This document shows, one piece after another, positions 17,408 through 27,120 of a DNA stretch of 64,000 bases (position 1 is the stretch's first letter; each line of letters opens with the position of its first letter). Made by a program: the position numbers and the translations under genes. Origin of the DNA: Gemmatimonadales bacterium (GTDB lineage Bacteria > Gemmatimonadota > Gemmatimonadetes > Gemmatimonadales > JACORV01); the NCBI GenBank assembly GCA_035623395.1, contig DASPTN010000086.1, positions 22,786 to 86,785 on the forward strand, in the 5' to 3' direction. The notes under the pieces were generated by a model. That model had not been told where the DNA came from. It did not search any database and saw only the letters and a list, made by a program, of their open reading frames with translations.

Positions 17408-18250
17408 TCAGGGCTCTTGCTTGAACCGCTTGCTCATCTCGTCGAGGAACCGCCGCTCCTCGGGAGTGAGGCTGGAGAGGCCGCCTGCGGAGATCTTGTC
17501 GAGCACGCGGTCGACTTCCTTGAGGGCCTTCGGGTCCGCCCCGCGCCGGCGCAGGCCGAACGGCGCCGAGCGGCGTCCGAGGTGGGCCGCGGAAGGATGC
17601 ACCAGCACCGCGGAGCCGGTCGCGACCGCCGTCCGGTGGCGCACGCCGCCGAACAGCCGGCCGCCGCGCAGGTACAGGAACGCCGCACCGAAGCCGCCAA
17701 GGTGAGCCAGGTGCGCGACGCCGTCGTGGACCTGCAGCGCGAGTGGCAGCACGTTCACCGCGGCGAAGAACAGAATCAGCCACTTCGCCTTGACGGGCAC
17801 GGGGAGGGGAAAGACGAAGATCGGGGCGTTCGGCCACTCCAGCACGAACGCAAGCATGACCCCGAACACGGCCGCCGAGGCCCCGATGATCACGGCGTCG
17901 CCCGCCAGCGGGAGCAGCGCGAGGCTGAGGAGCGCCCCGCCGAGGGCCGACACGACGTACAGCCGCACGAACCGCCCGCCCTCGAGCCGGTCCTCCACCA
18001 TCGGCCCGAACATGAACAGCGCCAGCATGTTGAAGAAGATGTGCAGGAAGTCGTGGTGCAGGAACGCGTAGCTGAGCACGCTCCACGGATGGCTCAGGAC
18101 CGCGGACGGCCGGAACCCGAAGACCTCCACCAACCACGGGCTGGTGAACACCGTGAGCTGGAGAAGGTACACGATACCGTTGGCGACGAGGAGCCGTCGT
18201 ACCCAACGGGTCACGAGAAACGGCGTGCCGTCGTAGCGCATGCGCTCCAT
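17408..18250 (-). CDS. rhomboid family intramembrane serine protease
   Basis: ORF 17408..18250(-). The catalytic motif GASAAVFG (GxSG) and HLAHLGG (catalytic His) are present, with six or so TM helices. A ~70-aa soluble C-terminal extension ends in ...TPEERRFLDEMSKRFKQEP. Confidence 0.85.
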   Translation of the reverse strand: MERMRYDGTPFLVTRWVRRLLVANGIVYLLQLTVFTSPWLVEVFGFRPSAVLSHPWSVLSYAFLHHDFLHIFFNMLALFMFGPMVEDRLEGGRFVRLYVVSALGGALLSLALLPLAGDAVIIGASAAVFGVMLAFVLEWPNAPIFVFPLPVPVKAKWLILFFAAVNVLPLALQVHDGVAHLAHLGGFGAAFLYLRGGRLFGGVRHRTAVATGSAVLVHPSAAHLGRRSAPFGLRRRGADPKALKEVDRVLDKISAGGLSSLTPEERRFLDEMSKRFKQEP

Positions 18251-18269
18251 CGGACAGGTATCCCGGGGG

Positions 18270-19286
18270 CTAGCGCTTTGTTCCGCGGCGCGCCAGGGCT
18301 TGCCGACAGACCGCTTCGGCGAAGGCGGGGAAGCCCATGCCCGCGGCGCGCGCCGCCTTCGGGATCAGGCTGTTGCCCGTCATGCCCGGCGCGGTGTTGG
18401 CTTCGAGGAAGAACAGGCCGCCGTCCTGGCCCACGCGGAAATCGATGCGGCTGTAGCCGGCCAGCTTCAGCGCCCGGTGGGCCCGTCGCGCCGCGTCCTG
18501 GGTTCCGGCCGCCAGGGCCGGATCGATGGGCGCGGGGCAGATCTCCTGGGCCATGCCAGGCTGGTACTTGCACTCGTAGTCGAACATCTCGTGCTGCGAT
18601 CGGATCTCGATCACCGGCAGGGCCTCGTCTCCCAGGATGCCGACCGTCAGCTCGGTGCCGGCGAGGAACTGCTCGATCATCACCTCGTCATCGAAGCGTC
18701 CGGCCAGATCGACGGCGGCCGCGAGGTCCGCCTCCCGCTTGACCAGCGAGAGGCCGACCGACGAGCCCTGCTTGGACGGCTTCACCACGCATGGGAAGCC
18801 GACGGCCTTCCGCACCTCCGCCGCAGTCGCAGGCGCCATCACCCACGCGGGGACGGAGAGGCCACAGTCGCGCACCACCCGCTTGGCGAGATCCTTGTCC
18901 ATGGCGAGCGCGCTGGCCAGGTGCCCGCTGCCGGTATACGGCACGCCGACCACGTCCAGCACGGCTTGAACGGTCCCGTCCTCGCCCTGGCCCCCGTGGA
19001 GGGCGATGAACACGACCTCCGCCTCGCGGATGGCCGGCAGCTCGCCGAGGCCCGCCGACAGCATCCCGCGCTCGAGCGCCTTCAGACGCTCCATGGCGGG
19101 CGGCTCGCGGCCGACCCCGGCCGGAAGGAGCGCGGCCTCGTGGTCCGCGGGCACGTAGCCCGTCGCGAGATCGACGACGTGGACGGAGTGGCCGAGGGAG
19201 CGCAGGGCCGCCGTGATCTGCAGCCCGGAGGCGAGCGCGACGTCGCGCTCGGCGGAGGTCCCGCCGGTGAGCACCGCGACCTTCAT
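18270..19286 (-). CDS. ddl: D-alanine--D-alanine ligase
   Basis: ORF 18270..19286(-). It begins MKVAVLTGGTSAERDVALASG and has an ATP-grasp core (PCVVKPSKQGSSVGLSLV...FLEANTAPGMT). Confidence 0.9.
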   Translation of the reverse strand: MKVAVLTGGTSAERDVALASGLQITAALRSLGHSVHVVDLATGYVPADHEAALLPAGVGREPPAMERLKALERGMLSAGLGELPAIREAEVVFIALHGGQGEDGTVQAVLDVVGVPYTGSGHLASALAMDKDLAKRVVRDCGLSVPAWVMAPATAAEVRKAVGFPCVVKPSKQGSSVGLSLVKREADLAAAVDLAGRFDDEVMIEQFLAGTELTVGILGDEALPVIEIRSQHEMFDYECKYQPGMAQEICPAPIDPALAAGTQDAARRAHRALKLAGYSRIDFRVGQDGGLFFLEANTAPGMTGNSLIPKAARAAGMGFPAFAEAVCRQALARRGTKR

Positions 19287-20665
19287 TGGATGCCTGCCAC
19301 CTGGCGCAGCACGTCGTAGCGGGTCACGAGGCCCACCAATCTGCCGTCCTTCCGGACCAGCGCCGCCTGTGTCTCGTGCGAGAGCAGGGTGCTGAGGTGC
19401 TCGAACGGGAGGCCGGCGTCCACTACCGGAAACGGGGGCTGCATGACGTCGCCCACCGAACGCTCGAGGAGCTGTGCGTCACCGAGCGCACGCGCGATCA
19501 CCGGGCCCTCCGTGACCGAGCCGACGCAGTCGTCGCCGGCGATCACCGGTACCTGAGAGATGCCGTAGGTGCTCATCAGGTTCAGCGCCTGCCGCACGCT
19601 GGCCGACGGGCCGACCGAGACGAGCGGCGGGATCCTGGCGGGTCGCTCGCTCATCAGCCGCTCCACCGTCACCGGCTCGCTGTCGAGCATCTGATTCTCG
19701 CGCATCCACGCGTCGTCGTAGAGCTTCGACAGGTAGCGCTCGCCGGTGTCGGCCAGGATCGTGACCACCAGTGCGGCCGGGTCATCGAGCCGGCGCGCCA
19801 GGTCGAGGGCCACGTGCGCGTTGAGGCCGCTCGAGCCGCCGACGAACAGCCCCTCCTCGCGGGTGAGACGGCGCGCCATCCGGAACGCGTCGCGGTCGGT
19901 GACCGGGACGAACTCGTCCACCACGTCGAAGTGGAGCGAGGTCGGGATCTTGTCGCCTCCCACGCCCTCGATCTTGTACGGGAAGCCGTCGCCCTTCGTG
20001 TGGGTCGCCGCGTACTCGCCGTAGATGGAGCCGACCGGATCGGGCGCGACGACCCGAACGGCGGGATTGCGCTCCTTGAGGTAGCGTCCGGCGCCGGACA
20101 CCGTGCCGCCGGTGCCCGGGGAACAGACGAAGTGCGTGACCTTGCCGGCCGTCTGCTCCCAGATCTCCGGGCCCGTGGTCCGATAGTGCGCTTCGGGGTT
20201 CACGGGGTTGAAGTGCTGGTCGGCGAGCACGGCGCCCGGCGTCGCGGCCACGATCGCCTTGGCCTTCTGGATGTAGTACTCCGGGTGATCCGGCGGCACC
20301 GCCGTCGGCACCACCACCACCTCGGCTCCGAAGGCGCGCAGCAGCCGGATCTTCTCCGTGGACATCTTGTCCGGGATGGTGAAGATGCAGCGGTAGCCCT
20401 TGATGGCGGCCGCGATGGCGAGGCCGACGCCGGTGTTGCCGCTGGTGCCTTCGACGATGACACCGCCGGGCTTCAGGGCGCCGCTCCGCTCGGCGGCCTC
20501 GATGATCGCCAGGCCGATGCGGTCCTTCACCGAGCCGCCGGGATTGAATTGCTCCGCCTTGGCGAACACCGGCGTCCGCAGGCCGCGACCGACGCGGCCG
20601 AGCCGGATCATCGGCGTGCGTCCGATCGCCTCGAGGACGCTGTCGATGGGAGGCTGCGCCGGCAT
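19283..20665 (-). CDS. PLP-dependent cystathionine beta-synthase/cysteine synthase with C-terminal CBS-domain pair
   Basis: Real start is MPAQPPIDSVLEAIGRTPM (ATG 20665-20663) within ORF 19283..21052. Motifs are FNPGGSVKDRIG (PLP Lys) and GTSGNTGVGLA. Two CBS repeats are at the C-terminus. Confidence 0.85.
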   Translation of the reverse strand: MPAQPPIDSVLEAIGRTPMIRLGRVGRGLRTPVFAKAEQFNPGGSVKDRIGLAIIEAAERSGALKPGGVIVEGTSGNTGVGLAIAAAIKGYRCIFTIPDKMSTEKIRLLRAFGAEVVVVPTAVPPDHPEYYIQKAKAIVAATPGAVLADQHFNPVNPEAHYRTTGPEIWEQTAGKVTHFVCSPGTGGTVSGAGRYLKERNPAVRVVAPDPVGSIYGEYAATHTKGDGFPYKIEGVGGDKIPTSLHFDVVDEFVPVTDRDAFRMARRLTREEGLFVGGSSGLNAHVALDLARRLDDPAALVVTILADTGERYLSKLYDDAWMRENQMLDSEPVTVERLMSERPARIPPLVSVGPSASVRQALNLMSTYGISQVPVIAGDDCVGSVTEGPVIARALGDAQLLERSVGDVMQPPFPVVDAGLPFEHLSTLLSHETQAALVRKDGRLVGLVTRYDVLRQVAGIQ

Positions 20666-21078
20666 CACTCGGGCGGGCCCGCCGGCTCGGAGCCGTGACG
20701 GAAGATGACGGGCTGATAGAAGGCCATCGCCACGGGCCGGCCGTTCCGGTGCGCGGGAGCGAACTGCAGCAGCGCGGCGCCGTGCACGGCGGCGGAATCG
20801 AGGCCGGGCGTTCCCGACGAGGCGGCGACGCGGGTGGACTCGGGCCGGACCCTGCCGGCGGAGTCCACGTACAGCCGCAGCCGCACGTCGCCGTCCACGC
20901 CGTCGTCCCAGAGCCCGGCCGGATACTGGAACGGCGAGTCGCTGTTGACCGCCACCGGTACGTCGTTCTCGGCCGTGGCGGCGGCCTGCACCGGCTCGCG
21001 GGCGCGACACGCCGCCGCGGCCAGCAGCCAGGCGCCGGCGAGAATGCTCCACCGCGCCGGTGCGGAAGTCCGGCTCAT
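20665..21078 (-). CDS. TonB C-terminal domain-containing lipoprotein
   Basis: Last 137 codons of ORF 20665..23067(-). The N-terminus is MSRTSAPARWSILAGAWLLAAAACR. The C-terminal part YPAGLWDDGVDGDVRLRLYVDSAGRV...SGTPGLDSAAVHGAALLQFAPA resembles the TonB_C fold. The ATG overlaps the mutS stop. Confidence 0.6.
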   Translation of the reverse strand: MSRTSAPARWSILAGAWLLAAAACRAREPVQAAATAENDVPVAVNSDSPFQYPAGLWDDGVDGDVRLRLYVDSAGRVRPESTRVAASSGTPGLDSAAVHGAALLQFAPAHRNGRPVAMAFYQPVIFRHGSEPAGPPE

Positions 21079-23657
21079 TGCGTCTCCTTGCCAGGCCCGC
21101 GGGACGTGCCTCCCCGCGCCCGACGCTGCAGATCCGCCAGCCGCGCGAGTGCCTCGCGCGGCGTGAGGCCGTCGAGATCCAGCGCCCGGAGCTCCGCCAG
21201 CACGGGGCTCTCGGGCGGCGCGAACAACGCGAGCTGGTCCGCGGGCGACGGCGCGGCGGCGACGCGGTGTCCCGCCTCGAGCGACCGGAGCACGGCGCGC
21301 GCGCGGTCCAGCACTTCCGCCGGCAGCCCGGCCAGCCGCCCCACGTGGATCCCGTAGGAGCGATCCGCCCCGCCGGGACGCAGCCGGTGCAGGAAGATCA
21401 CGTCGTCGCCCGACTCGTGCACGGCCACGTTGAAGTTCACGATCCGCGCGTAGCGCTCCGCGAGCTGGGTGAGCTCGTGATAGTGCGTCGCGAACACGGC
21501 CTTGCAGCCGACCCGCTCGTGCAGGTGCTCGGCCACGGCCCACGCGATCGCCACACCGTCGTAGGTGGAAGTGCCGCGACCGATCTCGTCGAGCAGCACG
21601 AGGCTGCGGCGGGTCGCGTTGTGGAGGATGGACGCGGTCTCGCTCATCTCGACGAGGAACGTGCTCTGGCCCCGGGCCAGGTCGTCGCTCGCCCCCACCC
21701 GGGTGAACAGACGGTCCACGACGCCGATGCGCGCGGCGCGGGCCGGCACGAACGAACCCGCCTGCGCCAGGATCACCAGCAGGGCGGCCTGCCGCAGCAC
21801 GGTGCTCTTGCCCGCCATGTTGGGGCCGGTGACGATCATGATCTGGCGCTCGGCGTCGAGGCGCAGGTCGTTGGGGATGAACGCCTCGCGGGGCATCATG
21901 CGCTCGACCACCGGGTGCCGGCCCGCCTCGATCTCGAGCGCGAACCCGTCCACGACCTCGGGCCTGGTATACCCGTTGCGCGCCGCCACCTCGGCCAGCG
22001 ACGCCAGCACGTCCGCCGCGGCCACCCGCGCCGCCGTGTCCTGGATCCTGCGGATCGCCCGGCCGGCCTCCTCGCGCAGCCCGACGAACACCCGTTCCTC
22101 GAGCGACGCGATCTCCTCCTCCGCGCCGAGGACCTTCGCCTCGTAGGCCTTCAACTCCGGCGTGACGTACCGCTCCGCGCCGGTCAGCGTCTGGCGTCGC
22201 TCGTAGTCGGCGGGTACCGCATCCTTGTTCGCCCGGGTGACCTCGATGTAGTAGCCGAACACCTTGTTGTAGCCGACCTTCAGCGACCCGATCCCGGTGC
22301 GCGCCCGCTCCCTGGCCTGGAGGGAGGCGATGTACGCCCGCCCCCCGTCCCGCAGCGCGCGCAGCTCGTCCAGCGCCGGGGTGTGCCCGGGACGAATCAC
22401 GTCGCCGTCGCCGAGCGCCGCGGGGGGGCGATCCACCAGCGCCGAGGACAGAGCGGCCGCGAGGTCCTCCAGCAGGTCGAAACCCGTCGCGAGGCCGTAG
22501 AGGTCGCCGATCACCGCGGCGAGCGGCGGGAGGCGCTCCAGCGAGGTCCGCAGCGCCCCGAGGTCGCGCGGCGTGGCGCGTCGCGCCGCCGCCTTGGCGC
22601 CCAGCCGCTCGACGTCGCGGACGCCGTCCAGCGCCTCGCGCATCGCCGCACGTCGCGGCTCGTCGGCGAGCAGGGCAGCGACGGCGTCGAGCCGCCGCGC
22701 GATGGCCGCCGGGTCCGTCAGGGGAGCGAGGAGCCACGCGCGCAGCAGCCGCGCCCCCATCGGCGTCATGGTGCGATCCACCACGGCGAGGAGCGTGGCG
22801 TCGTCGGCCCCCGGCCGCAGCGGTTCGACCAGCTCCAGGTTGCGGCGCGTCATGGCGTCGACGTGGAGCTGTCCCTCGGCGCGGCGAGCCGTCGGGCGGC
22901 GCAGCTGCGGCAGGCCGCCCGGCTGGAGCTCGGTGAGGTAGCGGAGCAGGGCGCCCGCCGCGCCCACGGCGAGCGCGTCCGCAGGGCCGAGGCCCAGGCC
23001 GTCCAGCGACGCCAGCTCGAAGCGGCGGGCGAGATCCTCGCTGGCGAGGGCCGGGTCGAACTCCCACGGCTCGCGCCGGGTGACCAGCACGCCCTGCGGC
23101 GCGAGCGCCGCGCCGCCCTCCGGGACGATCACTTCCGACGGGTTGTACCGCTGCAGCGAGGCCTCGAGCGCCGCGGCCGGTCCGCTCTCGAGCACGAACT
23201 CGCCGGTCGACAGATCGGCCGCGGCGAGCCCGGTGCGGTCGGCATCACTGGCGAGGGCGACCAGGAACGTGTTGCGCCGCTCCTCGAGCAGGTCGTCGGC
23301 CATCACCGCGCCCGGCGTGACGACCTCGATCACCTCGCGGCGCACGATGCCCTTGGCCAGCTTGGGATCTTCGACCTGCTCGCAGATGGCCACCCGGAAG
23401 CCGCGCTCGACGAGGCGCTTGATGTACGCGGATGCAGCCTTCACCGGCACGCCAGCCAGCGGCGTCTCTGCCGCGCCGCCGTTGTTGCGGGACGTCAGCG
23501 TGAGGCCGAGGGTGCGGGCACCCACCTCGGCGTCGTCCTCGAACATCTCGTAGAAGTCACCCATCCGGAACAGGAGAATGGCGTCGCGGTGCCGCGCCTT
23601 GATCTCGCGGTACTGCTGCATCAGCGGCGTCGAGACGTCGATGCCGGGCAGCGTCAC
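21075..23657 (-). CDS. mutS: DNA mismatch repair protein MutS
   Basis: In-frame part of ORF 21075..24509(-), from GTG 23657 (VTLPGIDVSTPLMQQYREIKARHRDAILLFRMGDFYEMF). The Walker A motif is GPNMAGKST. The GTG overlaps the upstream stop (GTGA). Confidence 0.95.
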   Translation of the reverse strand: MTLPGIDVSTPLMQQYREIKARHRDAILLFRMGDFYEMFEDDAEVGARTLGLTLTSRNNGGAAETPLAGVPVKAASAYIKRLVERGFRVAICEQVEDPKLAKGIVRREVIEVVTPGAVMADDLLEERRNTFLVALASDADRTGLAAADLSTGEFVLESGPAAALEASLQRYNPSEVIVPEGGAALAPQGVLVTRREPWEFDPALASEDLARRFELASLDGLGLGPADALAVGAAGALLRYLTELQPGGLPQLRRPTARRAEGQLHVDAMTRRNLELVEPLRPGADDATLLAVVDRTMTPMGARLLRAWLLAPLTDPAAIARRLDAVAALLADEPRRAAMREALDGVRDVERLGAKAAARRATPRDLGALRTSLERLPPLAAVIGDLYGLATGFDLLEDLAAALSSALVDRPPAALGDGDVIRPGHTPALDELRALRDGGRAYIASLQARERARTGIGSLKVGYNKVFGYYIEVTRANKDAVPADYERRQTLTGAERYVTPELKAYEAKVLGAEEEIASLEERVFVGLREEAGRAIRRIQDTAARVAAADVLASLAEVAARNGYTRPEVVDGFALEIEAGRHPVVERMMPREAFIPNDLRLDAERQIMIVTGPNMAGKSTVLRQAALLVILAQAGSFVPARAARIGVVDRLFTRVGASDDLARGQSTFLVEMSETASILHNATRRSLVLLDEIGRGTSTYDGVAIAWAVAEHLHERVGCKAVFATHYHELTQLAERYARIVNFNVAVHESGDDVIFLHRLRPGGADRSYGIHVGRLAGLPAEVLDRARAVLRSLEAGHRVAAAPSPADQLALFAPPESPVLAELRALDLDGLTPREALARLADLQRRARGGTSRGPGKETQ

Positions 23658-24580
23658 GAAGCCGGGATGACGAAGGGGTGTCCGCCGACCGAGCGCCGGA
23701 GCCGGGTGGCGGCGGCAGACGCCTCGGCCTCGGTGGCGAAGGGACCGACGCGGACCCGGAGCAGTCCGTCGGAGCCCTTCACGACGTGCCCGGGCTGTCC
23801 CGCCTTGGTCAGCCGGTCCAGCAGGGTCTGCGCGGTGCGGCTCGACTTCGTCGCGGTCACCTGGACGTCGAACCGCGCGACGGGCCTGGCCGTCGATGTG
23901 GAATCCGGTCGGGCCGCGGCGCGAGCGGTGTCGGGAGGGGCGCCGCGCCCCCCGGGCGGGCTGCTCGTATCCGCGCGTGGCGTCGTGGCGATGGCCGCGC
24001 AACGACCCCGGTAGAAGGCAACCTGATTGAGGAACTCCACGTCGCCCGGGGATTCGGCGCGCGCGGAGTCGAGCAGCGCGCACGCGGTCGCGGGATCGCC
24101 GACCTCGAACGCCGCCCGTCCGCCCCACAACGCGGCGCGGGCGCGCAGCGCGCTGGTGGGATAGTCGCTGCGCAGCCGCCCGGCCAGCTGCAGCGCGGCC
24201 GCGCTGTTGCCGGCGGCCTGCGCCAGTTGCGCCAGCTGGAGCAGGGCCTGGTCCGCCCAGGGCGACGTGGAGTACTCGATGGCCACGCGCCTGAGGTCGC
24301 GCTCGGCGCTGTCGCCGGACAGCGCGAGGCGCCCGCGCCAGTACAGCGCCTCCACGTACGCCGGCTCCCCGGGCCGCGCCTTCGCGATCTCGGCGTCGAC
24401 GATCCGTCGCGCGGAGTCCCCGCGCCCCTCCGCGGCCAGCTGGACGGCGGTCCGGAGCGCGGGATTGTCCTGCGCTCGCGAAGACCGCGCGGACGCCGCG
24501 ACGGCGCACAGCACCGTGAGCGACGCCCTGACGACGGTGCGGGCTCCCGCTCCATGGCGCGACCGTGGCCCACCGCTCAT
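23654..24580 (-). CDS. TPR-like plus SPOR domain protein (peptidoglycan-binding)
   Basis: Starts at MSGGPRSRH (ATG 24580) within ORF 23654..25402(-). A signal peptide is followed by TPR-like helices. The C-terminal part FDVQVTATKSSRTAQTLLDRLTKAGQPGHVVKGSDGLLRVRVGPFATEAEA is a typical SPOR domain. Confidence 0.75.
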   Translation of the reverse strand: MSGGPRSRHGAGARTVVRASLTVLCAVAASARSSRAQDNPALRTAVQLAAEGRGDSARRIVDAEIAKARPGEPAYVEALYWRGRLALSGDSAERDLRRVAIEYSTSPWADQALLQLAQLAQAAGNSAAALQLAGRLRSDYPTSALRARAALWGGRAAFEVGDPATACALLDSARAESPGDVEFLNQVAFYRGRCAAIATTPRADTSSPPGGRGAPPDTARAAARPDSTSTARPVARFDVQVTATKSSRTAQTLLDRLTKAGQPGHVVKGSDGLLRVRVGPFATEAEASAAATRLRRSVGGHPFVIPAS

Positions 24581-25650
24581 GCCGCGACCCCCACCCCGAC
24601 GCCCAGCGACAGCACTACTTCGGCGACGACGCCTTCCTCGTCCGAGACCGTCGTGCTCTTGAGCCGCGTGTCGGCCCTGAGCAACGCCGCCAACCCGTCG
24701 TCCAGCTCCCGGCCGGACCAGCGGGGCGCATCGCGAACCCAGCCCGACGCCTCGTCGCTCCAGTTCCTCAGCCCGAACGGCCTGGAGGCCTGGATGGCCC
24801 GGAACACCCGGTCCCTGGCAGCGGCGCCGGAGTCTCCTGCGTCGAGGTGCGATCGGGCGAGCGCGAGGCCGACGAACGCCGTGGCGAGCGCCGACACCAG
24901 CCGGACTCCCGAGATACCCGGGCTCGCCAGGAGCCGCGGCACCATGGACGCCGCGTCGGGAAGGCGCCGGCCCGTCACGGCGTCGACGAAGTCGCCGACG
25001 GTTTCGCCGTGACGCACACCGACCAGGGCGGTGACGTCGGCGACGGTCACCGGGCGGCCCTGCACCGCTCCCGCCAGCTTCGCCACCTCGGCCGCGAGCT
25101 GCGCGAGCTCGTCGCCGACCGCCTCCTGGAGGTGACGCGCCGCGTCGTCCTCGATCGCGATGCCGCCCTGTTTCGCATGATGGTGAATCCACTTGAGCAC
25201 GCGCGCCGGCTCCAGCAGCTCGAACTCCACGGCGCCGCCGGCGCGCTCGAGGCCCGGGTCCGGCTTCGTGCCCGCCGATTGCACCAGCACGAGCACCGTC
25301 TCGGGCAGCGGGCGCCCCACGTACGTGGTGACGGCGGACCGCAGGGACTGCTGCCTCGTCCGCTTCTGCTGCAGGCACTCGACCTCGCTCAGCACCACGC
25401 ACCGCCGGGCCGCGAGCATCGGCGGGGTCTCGACCAGGGACCGGAACTGGTCCGCGCTCAGCTCCGGGGCGCGCCGACGATCCAGGTTGAACTCGCGCGT
25501 CGGCGCTTCGACGGCGAGCTCCGTGACGCGGCGCACGGCCTCGTCCTTGAGCAGCTCTTCATCGCCGTAGAAGTAGTAGACAGGCTGGACCTCGCCCTTG
25601 GCGAGGGAGCGCTGCAACGCATCGAACGACCGGCCCGGCATCGGGCGCAA
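24577..25650 (-). CDS. holA: DNA polymerase III delta subunit
   Basis: ORF 24577..25650(-). The N-terminus LAKGEVQPVYYFYGDEELLKDEAV and the ~357 aa length fit HolA. Confidence 0.8.
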   Translation of the reverse strand: MRPMPGRSFDALQRSLAKGEVQPVYYFYGDEELLKDEAVRRVTELAVEAPTREFNLDRRRAPELSADQFRSLVETPPMLAARRCVVLSEVECLQQKRTRQQSLRSAVTTYVGRPLPETVLVLVQSAGTKPDPGLERAGGAVEFELLEPARVLKWIHHHAKQGGIAIEDDAARHLQEAVGDELAQLAAEVAKLAGAVQGRPVTVADVTALVGVRHGETVGDFVDAVTGRRLPDAASMVPRLLASPGISGVRLVSALATAFVGLALARSHLDAGDSGAAARDRVFRAIQASRPFGLRNWSDEASGWVRDAPRWSGRELDDGLAALLRADTRLKSTTVSDEEGVVAEVVLSLGVGVGVAA

Positions 25651-25689
25651 CTTAGCCCGAAACGGAACCCTGCAACAGGCTGGCGGGGG

Positions 25690-26247
25690 CTACGGCCCGC
25701 CCCACACGGCGGGCACGTCGAACCGCACGCGGTCCTGGCCCGACGCGGGTGGAGCTGGCTCGATGACGAGGATGGAATTCAGCGGGTGGAAGGTCTCGAT
25801 CCGGAGCCGGGGAAGGGCCGTCGGCAGGTCCGGAACGGCGGCGGCGTTGGCGACCGAGGGCGGAACGGCCACCCACCCGGGCGAGGAGGACGCCCACTCG
25901 GCGGCCGCGCCGCGATGGGCGGCGCGCGTCTCCAGCCAGTCCCACCCGATGAAGCCCGCCGTGGCCACGATCAGGAGCGTGCCGACCGCGCCCGACCAGC
26001 GGATGACGCCCGGTATGCGCACCGCGAGCTCGTCTCGCAGCCGTCGCCGCAGGGCGGGACCAAAGCCGCGCGAGACGCTCACGGCCGGGAGCTCGCGCAG
26101 CATGTTGACGCCGGCGCGCAGTGCCAGGTCGAACCGCCGGCACGCGGCGCACAGCGCCAGATGCACGTCGGCCTCCGCCTTGCTGGGAGGCGTCAGCAGG
26201 CCGTCAGCGTACTCGGAGTATTTCTCTCGGAACTCGCAACAGTTCAT
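25690..26247 (-). CDS. anti-sigma factor (zf-HC2 type, single TM)
   Basis: ORF 25690..26247(-). The pattern CxxFREKYSEYADGLL...HLALCAACRR is zf-HC2-like. A central TM helix (AVGTLLIVATAGFIGW) is present. It lies directly downstream of the ECF sigma gene. Confidence 0.7.
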   Translation of the reverse strand: MNCCEFREKYSEYADGLLTPPSKAEADVHLALCAACRRFDLALRAGVNMLRELPAVSVSRGFGPALRRRLRDELAVRIPGVIRWSGAVGTLLIVATAGFIGWDWLETRAAHRGAAAEWASSSPGWVAVPPSVANAAAVPDLPTALPRLRIETFHPLNSILVIEPAPPASGQDRVRFDVPAVWGGP

Positions 26248-26316
26248 GCGGGTCCAGGCAAGGACCCGTGTCTTACCGCCCAGGGCGCCGCCTGTTCCGC
26301 GGCGCCCCCGGACCGG

Positions 26317-26952
26317 TCAATCGAGGTGGGGCTGGATGATGGCGGCGAAGTTGTTGCGGGCCCTGTTCAGCCGGCTCTTCACCGTGCCAAGATTGCAGCC
26401 CGTGATCTCGGCGATCTCTTCGTAGGTTTTCCCCTCCAGCTCGCGCAGGACGAACACCACGCGGTGGTGCTCGGGGAGCTGGGACACCGACTGCTCCACC
26501 AGCTCGCGCAGGTGGCGCTTGCGGAACAGGTCATCCGGCCGCGAGCTGGAGTCCTCGAACTGCAGCGGGCGGTGGTCGGCCTCCCAGTGGCGCTTGATGG
26601 TCTGGAACAGCACCAGCGGGTTCCGGCTGCGATTCCGGAGCTCGTTCTTCGCGAGGTTGGACGCGATCGTGTACGCCCACGTCGAGAACTTCTTCGTCTG
26701 GTCGAAGCGGTGAAGATGGCGGTAGATCCGGATGAACACTTCCTGAACCAGGTCCTCCGCGCGCTCCCGGTCGCCGACCGTGCGATAGACGAAATTCAGC
26801 AGCCGCACCTGGTACCGGGATACCAGCTCGTCGAAGGCGCGGTCGTTGCCTTCGAGGAACGCCTGAACCACCTGGCCATCGTCGAGGGCCGCAAACGGGG
26901 CGCCCAGGGTCTGATGGGGACCGTGCAGTCCGTCCTTCATCGCCAGGGTCAT
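26317..26952 (-). CDS. ECF (sigma-70 family, group 4) RNA polymerase sigma factor
   Basis: ORF 26317..26952(-). Region 2 is RAEDLVQEVFIRIYRHLHRFDQTKKFSTWAYTIASNLAKNELR. Region 4 is GKTYEEIAEITGCNLGTVKSRLNRAR. Confidence 0.9.
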   Translation of the reverse strand: MTLAMKDGLHGPHQTLGAPFAALDDGQVVQAFLEGNDRAFDELVSRYQVRLLNFVYRTVGDRERAEDLVQEVFIRIYRHLHRFDQTKKFSTWAYTIASNLAKNELRNRSRNPLVLFQTIKRHWEADHRPLQFEDSSSRPDDLFRKRHLRELVEQSVSQLPEHHRVVFVLRELEGKTYEEIAEITGCNLGTVKSRLNRARNNFAAIIQPHLD

Positions 26953-27078
26953 GTGTCACCCGCTTCCAAATGGGGAGTCTCTTACTCCCTACGAGCAGGA
27001 AGCGTACCCGCTGACCCTGCCCAGGTGGCATGGAGCCCAACGCGTTGCCGGGGAAAAGCTTGTGCTCGGCGGAGCGTC

Positions 27079-27107
27079 GGCGGAGGTGATCCCTAGGCGC
27101 CTCCGCC
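27079..27107 (-). terminator. hairpin downstream of NUDIX gene (8-bp GC stem)
   Basis: GGCGGAGG (27079-27086) pairs with CCTCCGCC (27100-27107). On the minus strand only a weak CTTTTCC tract follows, about 25 nt downstream. Confidence 0.3.
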
Positions 27108-27120
27108 TGTCCTCTGCAGG

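Noticed and set aside
19283-21052. N-terminal extensions of many track ORFs, for example the CBS enzyme to 21052, mutS to 24509, glk to 45357, pgl to 45698, hpt to 63875, the SPOR protein to 25402 and the HAD hydrolase to 44497.
   Set aside because: The extensions overlap the upstream gene and are R/P/G-rich junk. In each case a start codon overlapping or abutting the upstream stop gives a product beginning where family homology begins.
26953-27120. Autoregulated ECF promoter (GGAAC-N16/17-CGTC-like) upstream of the sigma factor gene.
   Set aside because: Only weak partial matches are present, for example GGCAAC-N17-ACCT. That is not good enough to call.
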